This document shows positions 1-10,971 of a DNA stretch of 37,342 nucleotides, piece after piece (positions within the stretch are counted from its first letter, which is position 1; each line of letters opens with the position of its first letter). The stretch is from assembly GCA_018985235.1 (NCBI GenBank), contig JADGIG010000029.1, positions 1 through 37,342 on the forward strand, written 5' to 3'. Both the position numbers and the translations under genes were made by a program. The notes beneath the pieces are model-generated. The model saw nothing but the letters and a program-made list of their open reading frames with translations, did no database searches and was not told the origin of the DNA. The stretch comes from Sanchytrium tribonematis (lineage: Eukaryota).

Positions 1-256
1 CCCATTGTCTTTTCTTTTGTTATGGATACTAGAATGGAGATTTTTCCTGACACTCCGGATTATAAAATCAGAGTTTATGTATTGATAGTGAAGAATTGAT
101 CATTAACACATTAAAATTGATCCGTGATTCAGTGCGACCCAACCGCGATTAATTCCAGAACTGCAATGATTCCGCAGCAATTCTATTCTTAAATAATTCT
201 ATTATTATCAATGTCTTCAAAGCCATTAATGATTTGAAGAGATACGAAGATGAAAC

Positions 257-579
257 TTAGACTATCTTCGCTGTTACACCAGCATCTTCTGCCAATCTTC
301 TAAATCTTGTGGCAGATAATGCCACTTCCTCATCAGTCTTGATTCTACACCAAAACGATCCTTCATCAACTTCATCTTTTACCAAATTGCAATCTTAAAG
401 GCTAAATAAGTTAATTTATCATTGTTATCTCGTTCAGCTTTGTGAATTCCGTACACCTCTACTTCCTGAGGTAAGGCATTACCCAATAAAGTTATTATTT
501 CTTTATCATTCGTCATATTTATATTGATTATTTCCAATTTATCTTCAAAATAATCTAAATGCTTTGTAATTGCACCCAA
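257..579 (-). mobile_element. Degenerate LTR-retrotransposon gag-like remnant
   Basis: HLDYFEDKL..KEIITLLGNALP..TYLAFK, then after a frameshift EEVALSATRFRRLAEDAG. Resembles the retrotransposon gag capsid pattern (ExVxxYxxRFRRLA). Interrupted. Confidence 0.5.
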
Positions 580-649
580 AAAGATAACACCTGGTCAAAT
601 GTAATTGACATGGTTTGAAATGTCTCAAAATGTTAGAACAGAGCTTGAT

Positions 650-1006
650 TTGGATGCCTCAATTGCTATAATTTCAAAAGTAGTGCACGAACTGGGATAC
701 AATTCATATAAAAGGGTGACCATTATTAATTCCAAACGACAAAGTACGCAGATTGGATTTTTGTCTTGATAGACTTGATTGGACAGAAGAACATTGGTCC
801 CGTGTTTTGTTTATTGATGAAGAAAGTGATAAAAGTGTTTTTCGTAAAATTGATCGTGTGTTTGTTGGGAAAAGACAGATGCATGGGGGCGTATCAACAC
901 ACGTATTTGCTGCTATATCGTATTTGGGACTGGGATTGTAATTATTTCTTGATGTGACGTGAATTCATACGTCATCTATGTCGATGACAATGCAAGTCCG
1001 CATTCT
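650..1006 (+). mobile_element. Tc1/mariner-family transposase pseudogene
   Basis: Frameshifted pieces VHELGYNSYKR / RRLDFCLDRLDWTEEHWSRVLFIDE / MHGGVSTHVFAAISYLGLG / VIYVDDNASPH (971-1003) match, in order, the Tc1 motifs W..VLFSDE, HGGGSVMVWG and QDNAPCH. Confidence 0.85.
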
Positions 1007-1989
1007 ATTCACGCGACTCGCTAAGTCTGTGTCTTTATAAGATTCATTTCAAAATACAACAACTGGCACTATAGAGGGATCAAGGAAAGGAGAAGTACCA
1101 GTTAAAGTATTTTAATAAATGAGGCACTGGGTAAGATGGGTATCCAATCTATAATATAATAGAGCCAAAATCAGACAAAATCAGATAATCATATCATGGA
1201 TATTTGAAATTATTTGATATTTTTAACATCCGCATCTGTTACCCAAGAAATTCTATTTGCAAAACTTGTAAATAAGTTAGCAATGTAATTTGGATATTCC
1301 AATAATGATGCTCAATAAATTCTTCAATTTCCTCTTTTGTTGAATAACTGTTGTACCCTAGTAATATAATCTACTCAGATGTCATCCGGGGTAACATCAT
1401 GATGGTTGTTAAAACAACATAATATTTTTTTGATGCCACTCCGGGTAACATCTCATATTGACTCAATGACACTAGATGCCGATTTTAAATAAAAGTTTAA
1501 AAAATCTCATATTTTAATCATTTTACTTCGAAAAAAGATCAGCATGATAAAAACGTTATAATCGGTACCATGCCTATTATGAGTCATTTTTGATGCACTA
1601 ATACAAAACAGACAAGATAAAGTTTTAAAGTAAAAACTGAGAACGAAAACAGACTTGATCGTGTATTTGCAAAATTTATTTTTCAATTCAAGCATATTTA
1701 TCCCGGACAAAAGAAAGCAGTAGTGTGTTTATCTGTTTTTTACATCTAGAAATTATCAACATGAGGACATAGTGGACCTATTTGGGCGTTTAATTTATTA
1801 TTGTTTTGTCTGAATTTGTCTACAATTATAATTGCAAATAAGAAAAATGGATCAAAAATTGAACCGTTTATTGTAAATGCAATAACAAGTGCAGTAAAAT
1901 TAGACACCATTGACATTAAAAATAAGCATTTTGGGATTCACTAAAATAGGATTACTATTAATTAAATAATTGATATATATTTTACCATT

Positions 1990-2200
1990 TGAAAATGCAC
2001 TGCTTATTTAGGATTATTGATCAGCACATAGAGCTTCCAGAGCGGAAAACATTATGAGTGAATATTTAGCAAATAAGTAATCCAAATGTTTATATGTTCC
2101 AAGAGGTGCAACTGGATGTTGTCAAGTAGCAGATGCGGCTATTATTAGATCTTTAAGTTGCAGTATCAGAAAGTTACTTTTATACTGAACAAGTTAACAA
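1990..2200 (+). mobile_element. pogo/DDE_1-type transposase remnant
   Basis: YVPRGATGCCQVADAAIIRSL from 2093 resembles the pogo motif IPxGxTxxLQPLDVxINKPFK. Stops and frameshifts nearby. Confidence 0.55.
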
Positions 2201-2421
2201 TTTATGAAATATTCTGAATTCTCATAGGTATTGGAAAAACCACCTTTTGGTAATTTGGGAAAACAGATAGATTGTAAAGCATCGGAATCAAGTTTGACTT
2301 TCCATTATTGAAAATGGTTTAAACATTTGTTACTACAATGAAAATATTGGAGATTTGCAAATGGCAAAAGCGAATGACCTGAGTATTTATTATTAATTTA
2401 GAAAGAGATTTTTCAAATACA

Positions 2422-2804
2422 TGGGAAAGCGTCCAAATGTTTGACGGGGATTTTGTTATTATATTATAAATCCCAGGGAATTGGATAGGTGAACACTTTA
2501 TGTGGTTAAGTCATTTATCGGCGATTTGGAGTATTTCCCCGCCGAATTTGAATAATTTATTTATGACTACATATTTAAATAAAAAGTCAGAAACAATTTA
2601 AAAACCAAAAGCTATTATGACCTATTAGGCAGCAAAGAAGAAAATGTTTTGACTATTCACTATGAAGATATGTTTAAAGGAATTCAAGTAATTTCCACGT
2701 CAAATTAAATCAAGTTACTTGGCTTGACTTTTGGCTTTTTGATTCTCAAACCGTCTTTATTTCCCTGTATTGGAGATTTGAATTGGTTGGAGGTTCACAT
2801 TTAA
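2422..2804 (+). mobile_element. Non-LTR (LINE-like) reverse transcriptase remnant
   Basis: ESVQMFDGDFVII (decayed F/YADD) at 2425, then IKLLGLTF (2709) and LNWLEVHI (2778), similar to KYLGVxxDxxLxWxxHI. Heavily decayed. Confidence 0.4.
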
Positions 2805-2958
2805 AACACTGCATCTGATACTGTCAAATTGTATAATATTTTTGGCACCTATAATATTTGGACAAAAGACTAAATCATTTTATTTCTATTAGGTAAGTTG
2901 GCAAGATCACGCCTAAAGTTTTTTAACCCTTTCAGTCTCGGAGGGACCCGCAAAATAT

Positions 2959-3816
2959 TCATATAATATCTTTCAGTAATGCAGATGAATATTCATAAGT
3001 AATTAATGTACAAGCACTAGCCGGAACTGTTCGAATTAAATTAGTGCCCATTCCTCTATAAAATGACCTCCAACCAGCTTCTCTGTACACCATTATAATC
3101 ATTTTTCGGATTCCATTATAATTTTTAGAGCCTCTGATAGGTGTTTGAGTGTGTAAACGTGTTCTAATTACTTCATGTGGATATGTTACACAGCTGGCAC
3201 TCATTTTGGCGATACTTGAGCACAAAAATATATCCAACGTATTCAATTGTGTTTTCTTGCCTATTCTTGTTTTCATGTGTAACAAGTAGTCCTTACTGAA
3301 TTCGTAAATTGGAAATTGTATTGCGACATGTGTTGTACCCAATAGCGATGGAGTCAGTCCTCTAAAAAATCCATAAAAACTTTCTCTTTGGTAAATATCT
3401 TGAATTGCCCTAAAGACAGATGTGTCTTGTCTCAAAACCATAAATCTGGTCCTTATGACCCAGAGTGGATTAGTAATGGCCGTTGAACATACTCCCGCAG
3501 ACATTGCACTAACAGAATATGCTGCATAATTTGAAATTAATCCTTTCTGCTCGTAATAGTGCATTTTATCCTTTAAAGTTTCGTAAAGACTAAAGTAGAT
3601 AGCCCAAGTAGGCAAATATCCCATCAATGTAGGTGACAATCCTCTATAGTTCCCTTTGAGACCTTCTTGTTTGTAAATTTTAATCAGTCCAGTTATAAAG
3701 ATAAATCGTGAGCTTTGAAGGGTATTGTTCTGCAATCTTGTTTTGATTACATCAAATGGGACCGATATAAATGTCGTGGTGAAGCCTGCGATCGCCCCAG
3801 CCAAAATATGATCCAT
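2959..3816 (-). CDS. Mitochondrial carrier, NAD+/folate transporter subfamily (Ndt1/Yia6-like)
   Basis: Three carrier signatures: PFDVIKTRLQ, PLWVIRTR, PHEVIRTRL. YRGLSPTLMGYLPTWAIYF and HVAIQFPIYE are typical of Ndt1/SLC25A32. Confidence 0.9.
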   Translation of the reverse strand: MDHILAGAIAGFTTTFISVPFDVIKTRLQNNTLQSSRFIFITGLIKIYKQEGLKGNYRGLSPTLMGYLPTWAIYFSLYETLKDKMHYYEQKGLISNYAAYSVSAMSAGVCSTAITNPLWVIRTRFMVLRQDTSVFRAIQDIYQRESFYGFFRGLTPSLLGTTHVAIQFPIYEFSKDYLLHMKTRIGKKTQLNTLDIFLCSSIAKMSASCVTYPHEVIRTRLHTQTPIRGSKNYNGIRKMIIMVYREAGWRSFYRGMGTNLIRTVPASACTLITYEYSSALLKDII

Positions 3817-4107
3817 TTGAAATCTGTTTTATAGTTTTAGTGATTCTCCGGCTTTTGTTAAAATTTAGAAATGTCTTGCTAATGTTATGGTCACAACATG
3901 CTTAATTAACATTAGATTTGAGACACAAAACTTGCAACTTCATTTAAGATGAATATCTAATTTTTTATGCATTACAAGCCATTGGTAAAGGATTAGTAGA
4001 TGCCTTGTACAGTCAATCAAGTTTGCGTATTAAAGTCATGCAGATTAAAAAGATAAGCCAGACATGATACGACACTCGCTGATATTTATTTAAAAAATAT
4101 TACAATT

Positions 4108-4671
4108 TTATTTGTGTAAATGTTCAATCCACTGTGCCAAAGGCCAACTGGAGGACACCCAGGGGTCTTCCAACCCATCGATAAATACAGTAGGAGAAAC
4201 GTGGACTCCCAGTTGTCGTGAAATTTTTATATGGTACTTCATATCGGGCACTAACGCAGATCCAGAATTACCTTCCCCGACTTCAAATAACTTTGTATCT
4301 ACATGAATATCATGACGGGACAGCAAGTGAATGGCTTTTCCATAAATGTCTTTCGGGCTTAAATCTTGCACATTAGCATCGAAAAAATCCTCTTGATGTT
4401 CAAACAAAATTTTAACAGCCTTGTAGAAGGATTCGGGATTATGCTTGTTCACAGCAATCAATACATAATGTAGAAGACTCGATTGAGGATGCCATGGTTG
4501 CACCTGATGTCTAAATATAAATTGAATATCTGAATTTGCTAAAACAGTAAACATTTTCTTACTAAATGGGCAAGCCAAGTCTAAATATACCTCAATGGAC
4601 CTTCTTTGACTTATTTCATTTGCGATATTTGCATTTAGCTTGTACGCAAAAAATCTTGATGGCAAAGACAT
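4108..4671 (-). CDS. DsbA-like thioredoxin-fold protein (CxxS)
   Basis: IEVYLDLACPFSKK, FIFRHQVQPWHPQS, RQLGVHVSPTVFIDG. Confidence 0.85.
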   Translation of the reverse strand: MSLPSRFFAYKLNANIANEISQRRSIEVYLDLACPFSKKMFTVLANSDIQFIFRHQVQPWHPQSSLLHYVLIAVNKHNPESFYKAVKILFEHQEDFFDANVQDLSPKDIYGKAIHLLSRHDIHVDTKLFEVGEGNSGSALVPDMKYHIKISRQLGVHVSPTVFIDGLEDPWVSSSWPLAQWIEHLHK

Positions 4672-4697
4672 TTTTTATACTCCTTGAAATAAGATTT

Positions 4698-4904
4698 ATG
4701 ATAGATCAAACATTGCGAATTAAAATTTTAGATGGCAGAGTGTTTATTGGTAAATTATTAGCAGTGGACAAAGAAAGAAATTTAGTATTTGGAGAATCTG
4801 TCGAAATGAGTCAAGGTAAAGATGAATTTGTGGTTGCTAGGAAAACTGGGCTGATAATGATAAGCGGTAAAGACATTGAAAAGATTTGGAAAAACTCCGC
4901 CTAA
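4698..4904 (+). CDS. LSm-domain protein, probably NatC auxiliary subunit Mak31/NAA38
   Basis: Sm1/Sm2 motifs LRIKILDGRVFIGKLLAVDKERNLVF...RKTGLIMISGKDIEKI. Start placed at ATG 4698 because the upstream part of the ORF overlaps the opposite-strand gene. Confidence 0.75.
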   Translation: MIDQTLRIKILDGRVFIGKLLAVDKERNLVFGESVEMSQGKDEFVVARKTGLIMISGKDIEKIWKNSA

Positions 4905-4981
4905 GTTAATTGGTTTAAATTTGGAGCATTTGCAACATGCACTCGATTCTCGAAAATTGTTCAGTCTAAATTTGAAACGAA

Positions 4982-5545
4982 ATGACAGTCAGCAAATCTT
5001 CCAAAAAAAGCGCAAATAAAGTTGTTCCTGACATTCCAGTAAATGCCGAATGTCTCTCTGAATTAACTTTTGTTTTTACAGGTGATATGGAGCATTTCTC
5101 AAAGGAATCAGCGAAAGATTTTGTTACCGAGCGAGGTGGAATGTTTCGCACTAGTGTTTCTAAGAAGACTACTCATCTAGTAACTGGTTCAAATGTAGGC
5201 GAAAAGAAGTTGGAAGATGCAAAAGAAAAGGGTGTTGAGGTAATCTCTGAGGAGGACTTCATTTCAATGGTGAAAGAAAAGTCCTCAATGGGTGACGATG
5301 GAGAAATTCAAGAAGAGGATGAAGAGGGAACTGCTGGAGAAGAAGAAGGGCTAGATGAAATTGTCGATGAACAAGACGATGATGACGAGGATTTCGAAGT
5401 GGATGAGAAAGAGCAAGAGAACTTAGAAGAACCTATTCATGATCTTAAGAAGCGAAAGCAAGAAAATTTGGATTCATCACGCAAAAAGAGAAAGAACGTG
5501 GAAATGGAAGTGAATGATGCTGCCGTAAATGTTGGAGAAGAATAA
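4982..5545 (+). CDS. Stand-alone BRCT-domain protein (RFC1/ligase-type BRCT) with acidic tail and basic NLS-like motifs
   Basis: CLSELTFVFTGDM..GGMFRTSVSKKTTHLVTGSNVGEKKLEDAKEKGVEVISEEDF, then a D/E-rich tract and KKRK motifs. Confidence 0.85.
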   Translation: MTVSKSSKKSANKVVPDIPVNAECLSELTFVFTGDMEHFSKESAKDFVTERGGMFRTSVSKKTTHLVTGSNVGEKKLEDAKEKGVEVISEEDFISMVKEKSSMGDDGEIQEEDEEGTAGEEEGLDEIVDEQDDDDEDFEVDEKEQENLEEPIHDLKKRKQENLDSSRKKRKNVEMEVNDAAVNVGEE

Positions 5546-5549
5546 AAAT

Positions 5550-6839
5550 TTATTCCCTGACCATATTCGAATTAGTTGAATAAGTACCAGTTTCTACTGA
5601 CATCATGGACTGATAGCTATCTGAATTTTGGGCGGCGAACCAGAATCTAGGAAGTGCATCCAATTCTATTAATTCTTTAATGTGCAAATAAGCTTCGTCA
5701 AACGCTGTCGCATAGCTCTTATTCTCAATAGCAAGATTGCATCTTCTAACAATAATGTCAGGTAAGTTGACTTGATAGAGACTGTTAATTTCGATAAACT
5801 TTGAAAATATTTCGTCAGTCTCAATTTTTGAAGCTTTTCCAAATTTCTTGTACTCGTACACGCATTTTAGAAAATATATGTTTTCAGCTGCAAATTCCCG
5901 CGTGAGAAATTGCAAAAAGTTTTCAAATGCTATTCTATTATTGATAACACCTTCGATTGTTTTTAAAGTATCGTCAATCCGTTTTGTTTTTCTGACTAAA
6001 AAGAAGTCAATAATTGGTCGATGTACCAAAATACACTGTGATATGATTATGGTAAATAAAATCACCCAATTGTAAACATAAGGCATAAAAGCAATGGGTA
6101 TGGGAGCATAAAATAATGAATTGCCAAATAAACTTAGGAAGATTGTAATGAACAGATTCCATTTAGTCTCAGAGGCGATTTGAAAATTGTCTTTAATCAT
6201 CTTGAGCAAAATGAATATTAAAAGCTCAAAAAGTAATGTGGTGGCAGCCAAAATTGTCACACTAATCGAGTTTTCACCAAATAAAGCACAAAATGGAAAA
6301 TCCTCTGTCAAACCATTCAAAATCTTCTGCTTGGAATCTTTGTCTTCCACGAATAGAGAATGGTAAAGGTATACAAAACATAAAAGAAGTGCATAAATAT
6401 TTCCATACATATAAATTGATTTCTCTTGAAAGTATTTTCTATTTTTCAAATAATGGTACTTGCTCAACTTGAATGTCTTCCCAAATATACTAAGTTCAAA
6501 GGAATCCTGGCTTTGAAACGCAGATCTAATAGTTGACGCAAATAAGAGTAAACTTCTAAAAGTGATAACTAAACTCGATACGATGAGATTAATAACTCCG
6601 ACAATCTCCAAGTAATAGCAATAAATTAAATCTGGTCCTTGCACCTTGTTCCACGCTCTTCCAAATGTATGAGGCCTTGCCAGTCCAAGTATCGTAAGTG
6701 AATTTAATAAGCACAACACAAGGAGATATTTCGGCCTTCTATGATAAAAGTAAGGCTCATCACTAAACACTATCATTAGCAATGGACTGGTTAAAGATAA
6801 AGTCGCGTACAGAAATGCCAAAATTCCAATGAAATCCAT
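5550..6839 (-). CDS. 7-transmembrane RGS protein (GprK/AtRGS1-type architecture)
   Basis: About 7 hydrophobic segments, then an RGS domain FLQFLTREFAAENIYF..IFSKFI..QVNLP..FDEAY..DALPRF. Confidence 0.85.
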   Translation of the reverse strand: MDFIGILAFLYATLSLTSPLLMIVFSDEPYFYHRRPKYLLVLCLLNSLTILGLARPHTFGRAWNKVQGPDLIYCYYLEIVGVINLIVSSLVITFRSLLLFASTIRSAFQSQDSFELSIFGKTFKLSKYHYLKNRKYFQEKSIYMYGNIYALLLCFVYLYHSLFVEDKDSKQKILNGLTEDFPFCALFGENSISVTILAATTLLFELLIFILLKMIKDNFQIASETKWNLFITIFLSLFGNSLFYAPIPIAFMPYVYNWVILFTIIISQCILVHRPIIDFFLVRKTKRIDDTLKTIEGVINNRIAFENFLQFLTREFAAENIYFLKCVYEYKKFGKASKIETDEIFSKFIEINSLYQVNLPDIIVRRCNLAIENKSYATAFDEAYLHIKELIELDALPRFWFAAQNSDSYQSMMSVETGTYSTNSNMVRE

Positions 6840-6974
6840 GTTACAAGTTTCGTGGCTTGTGAGGTCTTTTGATATGAGAGATTACCAGCCTTGAGCGTCA
6901 TTAAATACCGAATGTGTCTTCATTTTTATTAGTAACCATGCCCCAAGAATCAGAATGGATTTATTAAAATGATT

Positions 6975-8984
6975 TCATTTCAGACCTTCGACATATTTAT
7001 ACGCTCTTTTTCTCCAAACACCAAGCAGTTCCAGCGTGCTTTCAAACACCAGTCTTTTGAAAGGGTGTTTAATGTCGATTTGTCTCACACTTTGTAATAG
7101 GTGGGCAAAAATTGGCAAAATCTTTGTAAATAGGTAGCTCGCTAATTTGAAATCGCTCTTGCATAATCCTGTCACGATCGATATACTTATTAATGCAGTT
7201 TGAAAATCGTCTTGATGGACCGACTCAAGATTGTCTATGATAAAGGCTATAAAAGCATTGTCTTGAAAGTCAGAAGACCCTTCTCCTCTGTATATTTTGA
7301 TCTCAGGCATCGAGCAGTCATTTAAGTAAACATCTAACATTCTAGAAGCTAAAGAGTCTGTCAATTCTGTGCTTATTTCAGCGAGTAACCTCCAACATAA
7401 TTCCCTCTGTATGTCGTAGGAAGTGTACACAAATTCTAAGCAAGTCGATTCAGGTATGAAAGACGTGACAAAAGATATATTATGGTTTCTTATGACTAGC
7501 ATCAAAAGATACTGATATCTCAAAAAGACTGGTGATACTTGAAGTTTATCAACGTTTTCGAATAAAAATCTTATTACACCAGTCGAAGCGTCCGTCCAAG
7601 AGGTGCATCTTTTTGATTCTGGATAAGAGGTTCTATTCTTGTCGAAAACTTTCAACAAATCAAGAATCATGGGTATAGGAAGCGACTCTAAAGGTATATG
7701 TATTGTATTCAAATCCATCACATCTTCAAAAGTTTGGGTGAAGTCGCCCTTTTGCATCAATTCTGGAATATATGTGCCGCAACATAATACTTCTACAAAA
7801 AGACGACCAAGACAACCACTCCATTCCAGTCTATATTGGTTGTCCCCGCCAAAATCGCCCTGCCATCCATTGAGTCGTGATATGATAATATATTCAGCTT
7901 TAAATTGTTCTGGAGTTGTTTTTGAAGTCAAAACTGATGCAATCTTTGAAAGTAAGTCCAGCCCTTTCCGAAGTCTCACTTCGCAGGATACGTCTTGAAA
8001 ATTTGTTATTAAATGTTGTAAATCTCGGCAACAATTGATAAATGCTTCTCTGGAACATCTTAAGCACTCCAATTTAATATCTAATTTAATGGGTAATCTG
8101 GTGATCTGCTCAATTAATAGCAAAATATTTATAAGAGAGTCTTCAGGCAGCTGCTCTTCGTCAATATTGGGCATGAGCTGTGTAGATGCTGCCCATAATT
8201 GAATAATACCTTGGTATAAATAGCCCCCTAAATCGCTCTTAAAAAGATATTCGATCCAAGATTTTAAACTTAATTCATCTAAATATTGTGTGCTTGATAT
8301 AGATACCAAATCTACAAGTGCATGCCTGGCTACGTCTCCAAGACTTGTCGATAAATTGATATATGTCAGCAAAGGACTGAGCAATGGGCAAACCCATTCA
8401 TTTTCGTTTATGGATGAAAGTGTAGCCAAGGTTTTACTATTTTTGGCAAGCCCTTGTTTAAGTTGGTTTGACATTTTGTAAAAGAAAATGTGAAATAAAT
8501 TTGGATTCGTTCTTATTTTACTGGTCAATGCGTGTATTAGTTGTAATAGTGGTTGTTTGTATTGTATTTGATCCACTTGCCATAATATTTTCATTAATGG
8601 TGAGTGGACTTGAACCGATGTTACCCTTGAGACAGGCATTGACCGTATAATGTTGCCTAAGAATATAAGGAATTCACTCAATGTGCCTTGAGGAATATCA
8701 TATACAGCAAGTGTCGTTAAAACGTCAATTGCATTGGCTTTTAATAAATAATCAATGGCTTGGGTGGTTTTTTTGCTACAGAATATTTCTCCAATGTGTT
8801 TAAAATTTACAATGATGTTGGTGTTCTGGATTTTGGCAACTGGCTGCTTCAAACTTTCGAGATGAATATTTTCTTGGATTACCCTCACTGTATTACGAAA
8901 ACATCTTTGAACTGTTTGAAAGTCCATTTCCTCAGAGTTTGTTTTAGTATTAATCCAGCCAAGTAAATCTCTGCTAAAATTCAT
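6975..8984 (-). CDS. FHIP/FAM160 (RAI16-like) family protein
   Basis: YLLKANAIDVLTTLAVYDIPQG, VHSPLMKIL, LTSKIRTNPNLFHIFF and GDVARHALVDLV follow the FAM160 N-terminal pattern. Confidence 0.7.
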   Translation of the reverse strand: MNFSRDLLGWINTKTNSEEMDFQTVQRCFRNTVRVIQENIHLESLKQPVAKIQNTNIIVNFKHIGEIFCSKKTTQAIDYLLKANAIDVLTTLAVYDIPQGTLSEFLIFLGNIIRSMPVSRVTSVQVHSPLMKILWQVDQIQYKQPLLQLIHALTSKIRTNPNLFHIFFYKMSNQLKQGLAKNSKTLATLSSINENEWVCPLLSPLLTYINLSTSLGDVARHALVDLVSISSTQYLDELSLKSWIEYLFKSDLGGYLYQGIIQLWAASTQLMPNIDEEQLPEDSLINILLLIEQITRLPIKLDIKLECLRCSREAFINCCRDLQHLITNFQDVSCEVRLRKGLDLLSKIASVLTSKTTPEQFKAEYIIISRLNGWQGDFGGDNQYRLEWSGCLGRLFVEVLCCGTYIPELMQKGDFTQTFEDVMDLNTIHIPLESLPIPMILDLLKVFDKNRTSYPESKRCTSWTDASTGVIRFLFENVDKLQVSPVFLRYQYLLMLVIRNHNISFVTSFIPESTCLEFVYTSYDIQRELCWRLLAEISTELTDSLASRMLDVYLNDCSMPEIKIYRGEGSSDFQDNAFIAFIIDNLESVHQDDFQTALISISIVTGLCKSDFKLASYLFTKILPIFAHLLQSVRQIDIKHPFKRLVFESTLELLGVWRKRAYKYVEGLK

Positions 8985-9183
8985 TAATTATGGTATGTTT
9001 CAAAGAATTTTCATAATGAGGAGAGAAATAAATTTATATCTGAATGCATTTCGGGTGTTACTTATCGCTAGTTCTAATTAAACATAATTATAAAGTCGCC
9101 CCTTGATATTGATACTAGATGCGACCCTCATGTCATCAGATGGAAAGATTTATTAGACTAATTTTAGCAATTCGGCACTAAAT

Positions 9184-10878
9184 ATGTTTCGATTTTTATT
9201 CATTTTGTTATCATTCAAAAACCTCCAGAATATTAATCTGCACAATTTTGAATTGAAACTACCAATTGATAAACTGAATGATTACCAAGCGTACCCAAAT
9301 CAGCATGAATTTTGCTTTTATCCATTTAAAGAATTTTTGACTACTCACGATCAATTTTTGTTTAATCAGTGTCTTCAAAAGTCTAAACTCTTGAAACATA
9401 ATGATTCAAGCTCGTTAGAAGAAGCCATTCGATTTTATACGGATAGATATAAAATGAGTCCTCCAAAAAGATTTGGGGAATGGTTTAATTTTGCCAAGAA
9501 AAGGGGTTGTAGAATAGATTTATATGACCAAATGATAAACCAGATTGTACCGTTTAGAGGGCAAAACGACTTATCAGTTTTGATAAAAGAATTAGGGTCG
9601 CTTTTTCCCGCCAGCGGACAAATCAGTACATTTTCTTTATTTAATGACAAATTGAAGATTTCAAACCCCGATTGGGATAGAGCCGCTGCCTATAAAAATA
9701 TTTTTAATACTTTCCAGAAATATTTGCCAGACGTCAATTTTGTTATAAATACACATGCTCAACCAATTGTTCTTAATAAGAAATTGGTACAAAAAAACAA
9801 GGATATGTTAAATGAGAGTCCCTCAAGACTTCTTTATTCTAAAAAAACTGGATATATCAAAGAAATGTCATCACGACCGGAGAAAGTATTACCATATCTT
9901 GATGTGCTAAAATCCAATTGCCTGGATTCGAAATATTTTGAATCGCTTAGGCAAGGTTATGGATTGTTTCTCTCCTCTCCCTTGGAGCAACAGACATCAA
10001 AAAGCTACCCAGTCTTTTCATGGGGTGCCTACCCCGATTGTAGCCAAGACATTTTGATTCCATCTCCATATCATTACAATTATGGCCACCTGGGGAAATC
10101 AGCTTATATAGATACTAAAGAATATCAAAATAAAATTGATAGAGTGGTCTGGTATGGGGCAACAAGCGGAAGTCCGTTTATATCAAATGATGGTTTCCAG
10201 TATTCTCCGGATCATGTGTGTTTCTCAAATTGTGATCACGATCAGTTCCAAATCACATCTAATGACAAGGATTTGGTACGCAGAATTTGGTTTTGGTCTC
10301 ATCGACAGCGCCTAATGGCTTATGGAAAAGAATTTTCTCAATTATTGAACATTAGAAATGTGGCTTCAGTGGAGATGCATCCAGATTACATTCAACAAAG
10401 CAATAATTTATACGGTGTATATCCTAAGATACCCTTTAAAGAGTTTTTTGACTATAAGATTGTCATTGACATTGACGGAAATGGATATAGTTCCAGATTT
10501 TTAAAACTATTGAGAGGAAATTCTTTGATTTTTGGAGCGCATTATTCCCAAGATTGGTTTAGTGATATTTTAATTCCATTTTACCACTATATTCCCATTG
10601 ATATGAGCTTTGAGGCAGTCAGTATTACCTCGGAAAATGAAAAGTATGCGAATAGTAAAGAAACATGGCCCAAGGTTCCATATTCATACAGTGACAACTA
10701 CAATTCGCCATTTGAATATAATGATCTAGGAATTAAAGCTAGCTATTTCTTGGGAAATGACGAAATAGCATCTAAGATTGCACAAAATGGAAAAAAATTC
10801 GCAGAAACTAGATTAAGAGTTGAGGACATGGATTGCTATATATATCGTGCAATAATCGAGCTTTTTCACGACAAATAA
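9184..10878 (+). CDS. Glycosyltransferase family 90 (CAP10/CXT1-like xylosyltransferase), paralog 1
   Basis: SLEEAIRFYTDRYKMSPPKRFGEWFNFAK, WYGATSG, HRQRL, YKIVIDIDGNGYSSRF, DWFSDILIPFYHYIPI. Confidence 0.9.
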   Translation: MFRFLFILLSFKNLQNINLHNFELKLPIDKLNDYQAYPNQHEFCFYPFKEFLTTHDQFLFNQCLQKSKLLKHNDSSSLEEAIRFYTDRYKMSPPKRFGEWFNFAKKRGCRIDLYDQMINQIVPFRGQNDLSVLIKELGSLFPASGQISTFSLFNDKLKISNPDWDRAAAYKNIFNTFQKYLPDVNFVINTHAQPIVLNKKLVQKNKDMLNESPSRLLYSKKTGYIKEMSSRPEKVLPYLDVLKSNCLDSKYFESLRQGYGLFLSSPLEQQTSKSYPVFSWGAYPDCSQDILIPSPYHYNYGHLGKSAYIDTKEYQNKIDRVVWYGATSGSPFISNDGFQYSPDHVCFSNCDHDQFQITSNDKDLVRRIWFWSHRQRLMAYGKEFSQLLNIRNVASVEMHPDYIQQSNNLYGVYPKIPFKEFFDYKIVIDIDGNGYSSRFLKLLRGNSLIFGAHYSQDWFSDILIPFYHYIPIDMSFEAVSITSENEKYANSKETWPKVPYSYSDNYNSPFEYNDLGIKASYFLGNDEIASKIAQNGKKFAETRLRVEDMDCYIYRAIIELFHDK

Positions 10879-10971
10879 AGATGTTTTGTTTTATTGAGAT
10901 GCGCTCGCAAAAATTAAGATAACTCCTGCTCGATTTTTAAAAGCGCGTGTCCCATTTGTTTTAACTTGTAG

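Noticed and set aside
3860..4090. Possible snoRNA (hairpin CTAATGTTA/TAACATTAG; ATGATA..CTGA)
   Set aside because: No complete H/ACA or C/D box arrangement and no recognisable guide sequence.
6840..6923. Upstream ATG for 7TM-RGS via 19-nt plus 20-nt introns and a 4-nt microexon
   Set aside because: Both candidates end in AAG and do not fit the TNAYNTAG consensus. Not needed for a complete protein.
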